NCBI GenBank assembly: GCA_011109175.1
Contig: RDEW01000014.1
Location: forward strand, 930,001 to 994,000
Source of the DNA: Dicyema japonicum
Taxonomy: Eukaryota > Animalia > Dicyemida
Direction of reading: 5' to 3'
Length of the DNA stretch: 64,000 nt
In this document: piece after piece, positions 26,740 to 38,800 of the stretch
Position numbering within the stretch: the first letter of the stretch is position 1
How the letters are laid out: the number at the start of each line of letters is the position of its first letter
Program-made: the position numbers and the translations under genes
Notes under the pieces: model-generated
What the model was told of the DNA's origin: nothing
Database searches by the model: none
Seen by the model: the letters and a program-made list of their open reading frames with translations, nothing else

Positions 26740-26940
26740 ATTTTCTTTCCTCCGATGGCGTCATTGGATCCACCTTACCGAGGAGACGCCCAATGCCTGG
26801 ACGGCATCAAGAGGATTCAACTATTCTTTCCCTGGGGACAATGTCGTTACCTGGAGACAAGTTCTGGAATGCTGGAAGGAGTCAGGATAAAGGGAGTTAG
26901 TTAGCTTGGTTACCATTGGTCTTTGGAATAATTTGAATTT
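26740..26940 (+). repeat. Dispersed ~200-bp repeat family, copy 2
   Basis: Colinear with 62178-62380. Confidence 0.8.
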
Positions 26941-28375
26941 ATAATAGTATCGTTGTTGATCGGCAATTTGATTTTTTTACTTTTTAATTTCCATAGCATA
27001 CCCGGTCCACTTTCATTTTCACCTCATTTAGGCAGGTCACACTAACTTTTTATCGTTCCAAATCCATACATAGGGTCTTTTGTTTAGCGTTCGAAGCGAG
27101 TACTATAACGTTGAAAATTGCAATTGTAAACTGGGCAGAATAGACAGACTGAAAGTAAGATATCATGTAGGTAGTTAGTTTGATGTTACAATGGTCTGTT
27201 TGATCGTACGGAATCACGTGAGTAATTAGTTTGGTGCTACCGTGGTTTTTGGAATTTTTTATTTTATTCAAAAAGTTACCCTACTTAATAAAGAAGCTGC
27301 TGAAGCCTAGATTGATTAAAAGAATATTATATCGTACAAGCTAGACAAGTGTTATTCAAAGTAACGTAGGAATTCCTAGACGAGATGACTGCAGCTCTGG
27401 GTATGCTGGACTTGATGATCTCATCCCCGAAAACCAGAGAGGAATTTGATCAGTATGAAAGATTGACAGTGCCTGCATACTTCAATGAAACGATCTCTCC
27501 TTAACGAACTGAAGGTATTGCTGATGTCCAACTTTAATGATTATTTTAGTTTTCTTGTGAAAGAAACACCGCGTTGCGTGTACTGAGGCTTCGCATCCGT
27601 TACATACGCTTACACCCAATTGGATTGGGGATAATTCTTCGCTGATCCTGGAAGTAATTTTCGCAGCCAATTTCGGAAAAAGTTTCCAATTGCAATGGGA
27701 CGAACGCCTCCATAACTTTTTTTGAATGCCAGTGGGTGGGCAGAGAAGAAAAGGTCCCTATTGATTATATGGTAAATAAGATTAGTGATCGACTTATTAT
27801 TATTATTATTATCAGCACTGCGAGAACACATAAAAAAACAAAAGTCAATTAAGGTTCCCTTATGCCGCGCGGGCCACCCTTTGCACCAATCGTATCCAAA
27901 GGCCTCTCCGTTTCGCAAGATCTCTTAGTTCATAGAGGTCATCCATTGTTTTCAACTCCCTGCCTATGGCTTTTAGGTCCTCATTTAGCGTGATAGGTAA
28001 GGTTGTTCTAGGCCTTCCTCGGAATGATTTTGTTTTTTCCATGAAATATTCATCTATTACGTGATTTGCCCGGATATCCAGGTCCATCCTCAGAATGTGA
28101 CCGAACAGTCTCCATCTCGATCTTCTGATTTCCATGGATAATGGTTCTGTTTTGCTCAACTTATATAATTGTTCGTTTTTGATCTTCATTTTTGTAGTGA
28201 ATATTAAGTGCCTTCCGAAGCATAATGCGGTCGAAACTGTCAATAGACTCCATTGCCCGTTTAGACAACCCCCATGTCCCACAGTTATATATTATGTCAC
28301 ATGGGCCACGCGTAACGCATGGGCAGCCTGTTACATTTTTTCGACCTTGAAAAGGTCTTTTGATTATCCGACATT

Positions 28376-28479
28376 ATTATTATTACCCCCAGGATCACTG
28401 GGTTAAAAAGAAAGAAATAAAAGTTCTCATCTAACTAAGTAATCCCAGACCGACAAAGGTGAGGATGAGTCCATCATTG
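28376..28479 (-). mobile_element. Short retroposed insert with (TAA)n tail inside the Ginger left end
   Basis: 14-bp TSD gattatccgacatt at 28362-28375 and 28480-28493. Confidence 0.8.
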
Positions 28480-28622
28480 GATTATCCGACATTTAATTTT
28501 ATATATCCGATTTATATCGTGATTTAATCCTGTTAAATTAGTTTTTTATTCATAAATGTTATGATTATAAAGATTTTATTTTTTTATAGCGGTAAACCTA
28601 GATTTCTAGCGTGATTTATAGC

Positions 28623-30093
28623 ATGGAAGATTATTTTGTTGCAATGGCTTCTTACAAGGGTTTTTTGAAAGATTGCGTTGAATATCAAACTTTAAAAGAT
28701 GCTTTGCATGATAAATTTCCCGAAAATCTTCCGAGGCACCGAAAATATAGGCTTGTAAAGAAGATAGAGAATTTTTCTATTATCAATGACAGGTATTGAA
28801 ATTTTCAATAATTTTAGACTGTATCTTAAATCAACTGATCCCAGAGTATGTTGCGAAATCGTTGCACGAGTTTTCACACGGAGGAGTCAATAAAATTGAG
28901 TATGAATGTCGACAAAGATACTTCACTTTAAAGAATGAGATTATCAAAAAAGTCATTCGAAATTGTGAAGTCTGCAAATTTTCGCGTCCTTTAAAAGTTC
29001 GTGATTTTTTTTATAATTGTAGATTGGAGATATAAATCAACATGTGTTTGCTTCTTCTCCAAATGAACGTTTTCAGGTAGATCTAATAGACCTGAAAAAA
29101 TTTTCAACATTAAATGAAAATTTCAAATGGATTTTAACGGTCATTGATATATATAGTAGGCTGGTTTTTTTAATTTATAGATTCGCTTTTGTACGACCAC
29201 TCTATAATAAGTCTGGTAAAGAAGTATGTGAAAACTTAAGATCTTTGTTCCGCCTGAATGGGCCATGTAAATTTCTTCAGTCGGACAATGGTTCTGAATT
29301 TAAAAATCAAGAAATAACAAAATTTTGCGAAGATTTTAACATTAAGCAAATTCACGGAAAGCCTAACAATCCACGAGCACAAGGAATTGTCGAAAGATTT
29401 AATCTGACGATCACGTGGAAGTTGTCAAAAATGCTGGATAACAGTGAAAAAAAGTGGCTTGATAAATTAGAAAGTGCTGTCTACAGTTACAACATATCGG
29501 TCCATTCATTTTCTAACGAAAGTCCTTTCGAAAGATATCGAGAAATTAAGAGAATAAATTCAATAATTAATGGTTATACTTATATCACATTATGACTTAG
29601 ATAATTTAAGTGATGAGTGTGCGATTCCAGAACAAATTGACGATTTGGTTAATTGTTCGACTTTAGAATCTATTGAAAATTCACGTAGTTTGATTTAAAA
29701 AATTTATATCTAGATAATTCCCAGTCAGATAATTTGTGTCCGAATGCGAAGAGATTCAACTTCGAAATTAAATCGATTGAAGAAAATTCTAATTATTACA
29801 AAACTATGAACAGGAAAATGAATGTTCATAATAGTAAATATACTTTTAACATGGGAGATAAAGTATGAATCTAAAACATTAATAAATAGGTTCGGGCTAA
29901 AAAAAACTTTGGAACAAATCCCTCATTGCGACTGGATAAGTTTGAGTCTTAGTATTATCCAGTTGCAGAAATAATTAATATTTTATTCAATAATCGCGTG
30001 GAGGTAGTTTTAAATAGTTTAATTTGATAGATAAAAAATTCGAAAGGAGAAATATCGACTGTATTAATGAGTAGACTAAAAAAAGTTACTTAA
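28623..30093 (+). pseudogene. Ginger integrase (HHCC + DDE) with micro-introns, frameshift and premature stops
   Basis: H..SHGG...CEVC, FQVDLID, IDIYSR, QSDNGSEF, PRAQGIVERFN, YN..H. Introns 28793-28817, 28997-29022 and 29160-29180. Confidence 0.85.
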
Positions 30094-30109
30094 ATTTAAT
30101 TTTTTGTGG

Positions 30110-33020
30110 TTAATAAATCATTTTTTAATCTTTTTTTTTAATTAAAATAATTTAAACAATAGAAGTCAGGTAGTTGCCGTCCTCACCGCGTGGCTGTTCC
30201 CTCTCAAAATTGCGAGCGAAATTCGCTCAAATAGCCAGCGGCGTTCACGGAGATCTCCAGTGCATGAGGTGATCCGGTTTCCAAGACGTCCGAAAAACTC
30301 GAGTGTAGAGGGGGAGTAGGATCCGGAAGTCTCCATAGCAAGGGGAACAAATTTGATATCATCGGGAAGGTCGACGTATTTAACGAATTTGGCCTTCTCC
30401 GCCTTTACGGATGCTGAACAGGCCCTTGTAGCACTCTCGTGAAGATTTTTCTGGGCGAACGTGTCTGTACATGTCACATCCCAAACCAGTGGTTTCCCGG
30501 CCTCAAATGGAAATATGGTCATCCCGTCCGGTCGTTTCCCGTCACTTCTGCATAACCCGACCGGTTCAAGAATGGCCGAGTATCCAGCAGCATCCATAGC
30601 TCGCCTGACAATTTCATTCAGAGCCTTGTGCCTTGGGGATCTGCCAGCGCTCCTCCTGCAGGCGAGAGGGTGCAGGCCATAGCAGTCTATCAGGATGCCG
30701 CATCGGCACGGGTGAGGTACACATACTTTTAGTCCCAGCCGCAGAGAGTTACCCGTTCTAACGCATTCATCATCCAGAAAAGTGCCCAAAGCTCCATTGG
30801 GGATGGCGTTTAGCCAAGCTCCGCTCTCAGGGGAAGCCCCCGAAAGCAAACAAGCGCGTCGATGCTGATTGGCAGATTCCAGTAGGAGTCCAAATGATTT
30901 CCAGCATAATAAGTTGTCCAGGTTTCGCTGGCGATCTTGGGAAGGAGGCAGGGGGAGGTTGGTGGCATTCCAGGCTTCTCGTGCGTGGATTATCTCTTGG
31001 TCAGTTGAGAATTCGGGTGGGGAGTGTAGAATCCTCCTGAGCAAAGGTTCGCAGGCCATGAGTGATGATAAATGAGCGGGAAGTGAGACGTTTAAAGTTC
31101 GACGGATTCCAAGACCCCCGAATCTAACTGGGAGTGTAGCCTGCATCCATGTATCATCGTCGAATCGGACATTAAATATTTGCTCCGTCGAGCTGAGGAG
31201 AGACAAATCAAAATTCTCGAGCAGCTCCAGTTGAGAATAATATGGAGCTGTCCTTAGTAGATAGGAGATTCTCTGGATGTTGAGACTTCTTTTCAATAGG
31301 AATAGTGCCTCGGACAGCGCGGGGGTGAGTACTTCTAAGTCCTGGAAGACCGTTTCCGGGGGACCTCCTAAGACAGCGTCATCGAGGTACCAGATGTTGA
31401 GTGGGCATCTAGAGAGCTTCGTGATCCTCTCAATGCCGAGGGAGAACAGCAGTGGTCCGTGGGGGTCGCCCTGTTGAACACCTGAGGACGATGGAACTAT
31501 GAAATCCCCGTGCAATAGTGATGAAGGTTTTCCGTATGAATAATTGACCAGTTCAAATATGTACGGACATCTTTCCTTGCAGGCCTCCAGAATGCAGTCT
31601 CTTCTTAAGCTGTTAAAAGCGTTCTTGATGTCCAGCTTTACCATAATGTGCCTTTTAAAGTCGTGAATGCTGCGGTTCCTGAATGTCCTGACAGAGTGAA
31701 CGGCTGCCTCACATCCAAGACGAGCTCCGACTCCAACTTGACTGGGAAGCGAGGATTTTAACAAGATTGACGTAGAAAATCTGGAAGCAATCTTGGCTGC
31801 TAGTCTTCTGAAAGTGAATCCGACCGCGATCGGGCGGATTCCACCTCCCTTCTTGTCGACGGCAATCAGACTAGCCGAAAACAAGATATGACGTATCAAA
31901 TCAGGCAAATGTCCAGATAATATCCTGTTAATAAGAGAAGTGAGTGAGTATGAAAGATGACTTGCTTGGTCTCCAATAGTCGGTGAAATAAGGTCTTTAA
32001 GATGGCCGGGCCTTAAGCCATCGAGACCTCCACAGCTACTTGGTGCAAAGTTCCATAACGCCGTGATGACATCCTCAGGCGACGTGGTCAAAGGGGTCGC
32101 TTCTGATGGGGGCGAGCAATGGCGTAGGTCATTCGGAGAGGGTGGATGTTTCCCCAATAGAGTCTTGTAAGTATCAATGGTTGGATTGCGTGGTCCATCT
32201 GAGAGTGAGAGGGCCTTCAATGCGGATCGGGTTCCTCCTTCAAGCAAATTCGATCGTACGGTCTTTCTTAGGCGAAGAATCTCCGTTTCCCGAGTTGAAC
32301 TCCGAGTCTCAGTTGAACGGATGCAGAAGGACGTGAGGTCCGTAAAGTGAGTTCCATCCATAAATGCGCGGATGTTGTTCTTCATCTCAATCGAGAGAGA
32401 CTCCTTCCCATTGCGATCTCTAGAGGAGCCAAGAGCGAAAGGAGCAAAATTAAACAAACGTATCCAGTCGTTTATTAGAGTCGGAGCGGAGTGCATCGTC
32501 GATTGGTTTGGTTAAGGCTTCGGCAGCTAGGGGGCGGGCTGCTTTAGGGATCTTCACCGGGATACTCCTCGATGACCGGCGTTCATTGATAATTTTGAGC
32601 AGCGAATCTGGATCCAAATGGGAAAGGTCTTCCCCGGAGGTACATGCACTTGCGTGACCATTAGGAAACCCCGAACCAATTCCAAGGCACGAGCGGCAGT
32701 GCCATACCCCAAGAGCACGGATAGAGGCCTGAGAGAGCTTCAAACACCCGAGGTGAAAGAAGACTCCACAGGCAGAACAAGAAATTCCAAACTTTCTCAA
32801 ATTGCTCATGTTGCAGGCAGAGCAATTAGACGATGACTTTTCGAGTAACATTCCACGGAATCAACAATAGGCGAAAATCAAGAATAGGGGAATAATCTCA
32901 ATAGGCGAAAATCAAGAATAGGAGAATAGTCTCAATAGGCGAAAATAGTCAATAAGAGAAAGTCAAAAATAGGAAAATAATCACAATAGGCGAAAAACAA
33001 CAACACACAACGACAACACG
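30110..33020 (-). mobile_element. CRE-like non-LTR retrotransposon (PHD finger + RT + CCHC + RLE) nested in the Ginger element; ends approximate
   Basis: ORFs 32450-32851 (C4HC3 finger) and 30166-32496 (GGLDGLRP, IRPIAVG, GVQQGDP, YLDD, CRCG..H...C, RH, RPDG, DVT). One frameshift and an apparent internal RT deletion. A-rich tail. No TSD resolved. Confidence 0.9.
32865..32997. repeat. Tandem ~34-bp repeats in the 5' UTR of the CRE-like element
   Basis: caataggcgaaaa occurs four times; the first two units are near-identical. Confidence 0.85.
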
Positions 33021-35859
33021 TTTTTTTCCAAAGTGTTCATTTATAAAATTAATTGAAGTTAATTGAAGTTAATCTTGGTTCAAGGTTAATGTAACAGGCT
33101 GCCCATAGGTAACGCTTGGCCCATGTGACATATTAGGATGGGCACAACAAAGTATTTGTATATCATAAGCTTTATTTTTCTACAAAGTCTTCTTCCCGAA
33201 CTCCATATTTTAGATAGGCTTCTGAAAGCACCAGATGCAAGGATTTTCCGTCGAGCTACATCTTCCACATCCTCCAAAAGCGATCCGACTTTCTTATGTC
33301 TTCTCCACGTCTCGTCGGATATCCTCTCTGTACGGCTGAATGATGTAAATTTCGTTTTGTCAGTGTTTATCTTCAAGAACCATTTTTGGAAAATGTTAGG
33401 AAGATGTTCGTTTATGTACTTGAGAAATTCAGAATCATCCGATACAAAGTCCAGATCGTCTGCGTAAATCAACACATAATATTGTCCTTTAATGGATAAA
33501 CTGAAATCCCTCAGTGCAGCCTCAAGATAAATAATAAATAGAATAGGAGACAACGAATCCCCTTGTGGAACTCCCCGAGTGGTTTTAAAAAAATTGGAAG
33601 CGGTATTTCCGATTTTGACAGCCAGGTGAGTATCTTCTAGGAGCAAGGAAATAATTCTAACATCATCCGTGTCTAGAAATGTATTCAGAATGTTAATAAG
33701 TAGTCCCCTGTGTACAGAGTCGAATGCACGACTCATGTCGATCCCCAGAACTTCTATGCATTTTTTGTATTTCTGACATATAGCGCCAGACCATCTGTGC
33801 GTCCATACTATGTCGGCGGTTGATCTTTTTTCCCTGAAACCGCTTTGTCCAGGCGATAAGAATTTGTCGACTTTCCCTTTGATTCGATTTAATACAATGA
33901 TAGAGAGGGTTTTCCGTAAGACCGATAATAGAATTATTGGTCTTAGACTGTTTGCGGGACCTCTAGGTTTCCCAGGTTTTGGTATTGGAATTAGCCATCC
34001 TCTCCCAATTCCAAGATCGTTTTTGTCTTCAAATGCTTTATTGAGTATGATGGTGATTATTTCACCCAATTCAGTGGGTCCACATTTTATTAACTCTGCA
34101 GGTATATTATCAGGACCAGCCGCTTTCCTGTAGTTTAGTTTTCCTATTGCCTTGATAGTTTCCGCGATAATAATGGGGCAGTTAAGAGGAGCCGTTGATG
34201 TTATTGGAGATTTGTTTTCAATTTCTTGATTGTTAAAGATGTCATAGTAGTGTGAAGAGACTATGTTCGCCTTTTCAATAACATTCAATACTGATCGTCC
34301 ATGTTGGTCGTGAATAACAATATTCCCTGGTCGTTTCTTTTTGCTAATAATCCGAATGGCTTTGAACATTTTGGATCCGTTCTTATATTTCTTGATTTCA
34401 TCGACCTGTTCCTCCACTTCCTTTTTTACTTGATATTTTTGAAGTTTTTTGATTTTTGTTAAAATTGAGTTACGAACTATCCTTAGCTCTTTTTTTAGAC
34501 TCGGTATATTTGAATTATTAATTCTAATCCTCAAATTCTTTTGTTCTGAAGATAAGTATGATATTTCTTCGTTGTTATATTTGAATTTGTTTTTGTGAGT
34601 AGTCCCCAAAACCAACGACGCGGTATTCTTCATTGCAACTCCAACGTCATTCCACAAATCCTGTGCACTATTGTTTGTATTCATCTTGCTTAATTCCTTT
34701 CTGAGTTTTTCGCCATACTCTTTCATCTTTATTTCATTGCTTATTAGAGTTTCTGTATCCAATCTTTCGAATTCCGTTTTTCCATATCTTCCAGGTTTGT
34801 ACAAACTTCCCAAAGAGAACCGAGTGATCACCAATTTGTGATCACTTGATGTTTCAAGCCCATCGTATGATCTCGAGTTTCGTATTAGGTTTTTGTTCCT
34901 TCTTCTGCACAAGATATAATCAATTTGATTATATATTTTAATCAAGTTGCCATTTTTGTCCTTTCGTGAACCAGTCCAGGTAGTTTATGTCTTGCTGGGT
35001 GTTCAAAAGCAGTGTTCGTAATAAATAAGTTGTAGGATTCGCAGAATTGAACCAATGAGACACCAGATGAATTTCGACGATTCTCAGCATGTGATCCAAT
35101 ACAAGTCTCCCCATTCCGTACTTTACCAACACTGGCATTCCAGTCTCCACTAATAAACGTCAGATATGACGACGAAATTGAGTCATATGTCCCTGTCAAA
35201 CATGAGTAAAACGCACCAAGTTCTTCAGGATTGGCATCAGCCCGGACAGCGGTCGGAGCATAAACATTGATGATAGAAATAACAGAGTTGGGCTTTGTTC
35301 CAAACTTCAGTTGCATGACTGCAATACGATCCGAGACAGCCCATACGCGTGTCACACGGTCGTAAAGATCCCTGTGAACCGCAAATCCAAGACCATAATG
35401 TCGGCAGTCAGAGTCCAAAGTGATCATGTAGTAATCATCCAATTTCGTAATAGAATATGCTGTAATCTTTGTCTCATGAATGCAGCAAATACTGACACCA
35501 TGGATAGATAAATCACGTGCGAGTTGATGTTTTTGGTGATGAACTTCAAGCCTCGAGTGTTGAAAGTACCAAGAGAGAATGGGCAACGGATAATTAAGCG
35601 CGAAGAAGACATATTTTCAAAGAGGGACGTCACCACCCTCAATAGTGATCGACTTGACGATATTATGTCCAGCCACTGTATGACCAGAAGTGGCTGCTCC
35701 CTGATTAGCCCGGACGCAGTTCATCCAGTTCTCCACTGCTAATGGCAGAAAACGATTCAATCCCGAGTCCCACATCTCTCTTGTTGATAGATATCTTCAG
35801 AGTGGTCTCAAGAGTAGTAGATGTGGGTTTGATTTGTTGCTAAGTTCTGTTCGAGGATC

Positions 35860-38800
35860 CATTGTTTGTGCACTTTGTGAAATGCCTTAAAGAAAGAGCT
35901 CCCGCGCAAGATTTACTCGTCCTCACACAACTCAAGTTATGGTAATCGGTGCACATGCGCATTTTATACCATTTTCCTATTGTTCTTGATCCGCATATTG
36001 TGCAAATCTGGAAATGGCGTCTCGGGACTATTTTTCATTCTTTTCTTCCAGCTCAAGTATCCGTATTAATATCTTCTTGGATTTCCAGTATCAATCTGCC
36101 AACTAAAATAATCACAATTATTCCCCTGTCAACCTTTTCAACGACCTCTGGAAAGTCGGACTGGATGATGGCAGCTATTGAGCGGGCACGTAGCTTTCGC
36201 TCCCAAAGATCGGATTGGTTACTTCTAATCCTTGCTGAGGACATCGAACAGAACCATGGGCCCCATAAAACGGGAAATTCCTCAATATCATGCAATTCAA
36301 CATAAACGGCCTCACACACAAATCAAATGAACTTTTTGCATTTCTAACTTTCCACAAAATTGATATTGCCATGCTACAAGAAGCAAAACTATCAAGAAAG
36401 TTAGTGCTTCCACACTACAAGGATGCTCAATTGTCCACGTGATCGACCGAATTCAAACAGGGGAGGCGGTGTTCTCATACTCATACACAAATTTATTCCA
36501 TTCTCCGATACTTCCGCTCAGACACAACCTCTGTTTGAAGATGACGATCACATCGAACTTACTTCTGTCTTGGTGAAAATAAACCACACAAGGTATATAT
36601 TTGTAAATATTTACATCCCGCCACCAAGTCCCAGTATGAAACATTACTCCTCAAAACTAACCGAATTACAAAAGATTGAAAATGTGATAATCCGCGGAGA
36701 CTTAAATGCAAAAGATCCTCTCTGGCTAATCGGCAAAAAAGAGTAATGAGAGGGGGTTTCAGGTCCTCTCTCAACTAGAACAATAAGTTATTCTTAATGA
36801 CTGAAAATCAGAGACTCGAACAGCTTCCAGACATGGACACTTCAATACATCTCCTGACCTCACATTATGTTATCCATAACTATCTTTGGAGATATCTTGG
36901 AGAATTGTATATGACCAACACTCGGTCCATAATCCAATTTTACTGTCAATCGAACTACATGGGATTCATTCAGAGAAGAAACAGAAAAATTTCTATCCGA
37001 CTTTTCCGTTGAGAATTTCAAATCGCTTGACGCCGCAATGAAATTTTTTAGTTAAATCATCCTCAGTGCCGACAAGAAATACATTCCAAGAGGACTCATT
37101 GCAGACTATAATCCCAATTTCACTAAGGAAATTATCGAAAAGATTCATTCAAGACATCGACTCAAAAAATCAAGAATTTATATCGCGAAACTATTCAACC
37201 TTAATAATGAAATTACAGAGTTAATCAACAAGAGGAAATTGGACCGATAGAACAATTTCATCATAAAAATTAACTAACGGATTTTTGGGGTACTTTACGT
37301 GGAATTCAGTAGAAACAAAATAGAATGGAGACAATCCACGCCACCAGTATTGACAAGAGTCAAACACCACGAAATTTCACTCATCAGAAAGATGTCATAA
37401 TGGACCACTACGAAAAGTGAGTCACATCGATATGAACAAATGCTCTCGTCCATGCAAATTGAAAAACGTTCAAACTCTTTAAAAAAACCGATTAAAGTCA
37501 GTACGTCTGATGTCGAAAAACTCATCAAAAACGCCAAAACTCTCCTACCAAAGGGTTTGATGGAATCTGTATTCTCATTTAAAGCACCTGGGAATGCAAG
37601 GAATCAAAGCAATAACAGATATAATTTCTGTGTCCATCAACACCTGCAGAATTCCTGCATTATGGAAAAAATCAAAAATAATCCCAATCCTGAAGCCCAA
37701 GAAAGATCCTTCGGATCCGGATCTTTCAGAAATTGTTGAATGTGTTGTATTGAAACTAATGTCGGAGTATCTTCCCTTCCCTGAATTTCCACATGGCTTT
37801 CGTCCACAATACTCAACATTAACACATCTCTCTACCTCAACTCAATATATCGCTGATGGTTTTAACAATTATAATCCTTCCAAACGGACTATCCTTGCAT
37901 CGATTGACCTAACCAAGGCGTTTGATCGAACATTAAGGCGCGTGCTAAGTAACAAAATTCTTGCATCTCGAATTACTCCACGTCTTCAGAATTGGCTAAC
38001 AAATATCCTCTCTGGAAGAATTGGTCGAGCTTATATTATGTCATGTCTATCTCACTACAGACTCCTTCCAAATGGAGTTCCCAAGGCTCCGTTTTGTCAC
38101 CTACCTTATTCAACTTGCACCTAAGCGACATTCCAACCAATTCCAAGATAATTCTCCTATTGTATGCGGATGACCTGATTATTGCTTCTAAAGACATAGA
38201 CGTTAACGAAGCACGGAGGATGTTCAGAACCACTTGAACACTCTTGAAGAGTGACTTGGAGCAAACCACCTATCCCCCTCTCCGTCGAAATCCACCGTCA
38301 CTGTATTCACGTCCAACCGCCGACAATTAAATTTTCAATGAATTTTAACAATTCATGGACAGCTACTCACCGTTACGAAACATCCCAAAATACTTGGAGT
38401 TATTTATGACCAACTACTAACTTTCTCTAAACATGTGAAGGAACAATGTACAAAGGCCTCTCACAAGATCAACATATTTAAAGCTGTGTCAGGCCACTCC
38501 TTCGGCCAAAGCAAAGAAGCCCCAACCATCATATACAGTCCCGTGCAAATGTTATTGCCAGGGTCAAGTAATTCATAAGATAAGCAATTATGTTATTTTT
38601 TTTTGCTTTTTAAATTTTAGCCAACCTAATCAATTTTTTATTTATTTATTTCATTCATTAAAAGTGGGATTTTTCCACTTTTTATTTTTTTAACGAAAAT
38701 TAACCCGTGCATATGTTACCGCCACCTAAAGGAATTAGATATATCTGAAGTCAAGTATTAATTATTTTATTTTTAAATTCTTTAGATGTACAATAAAATT

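Larger units (their letters stand above)
28295..33130 (+). mobile_element. Ginger-type (Gypsy-like integrase) TIR DNA transposon
   Basis: TIRs of about 43 bp starting TGTCACATGGGCCA. 5-bp TSD TATTA at 28290-28294 and 33131-33135. No gag, RT or LTRs. Confidence 0.9.
27796..35642 (-). mobile_element. Near full-length RTE LINE (APE + RT), split by the Ginger element
   Basis: APE motifs (GTFNTRGL, HET, VYAPT, GDWNA, NQIDYIL, SDH), RT ORF 33086-34945, 3' piece 27860-28289, (AAT)n tail. 13-bp TSD tagtgatcgactt at 27783-27795 and 35643-35655. Confidence 0.95.
27350..35830 (-). mobile_element. Degraded CRE-like element split by the RTE insertion (pieces 27350-27795 and 35643-35830)
   Basis: GGVRPIAIG and QLGVSV..GCEASVHA on the left piece. 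The rejoined flanks match the uninterrupted copy at 55180-55600. Confidence 0.85.

Noticed and set aside
28623-29595. LTR retrotransposon or endogenous retrovirus integrase
   Set aside because: No LTRs, gag or RT of that type. It is bounded by TIRs and contains introns.
32865-32997. CRISPR-like repeat array
   Set aside because: No unique spacers or cas genes, and the context is eukaryotic. It is a retrotransposon 5' UTR tandem repeat.
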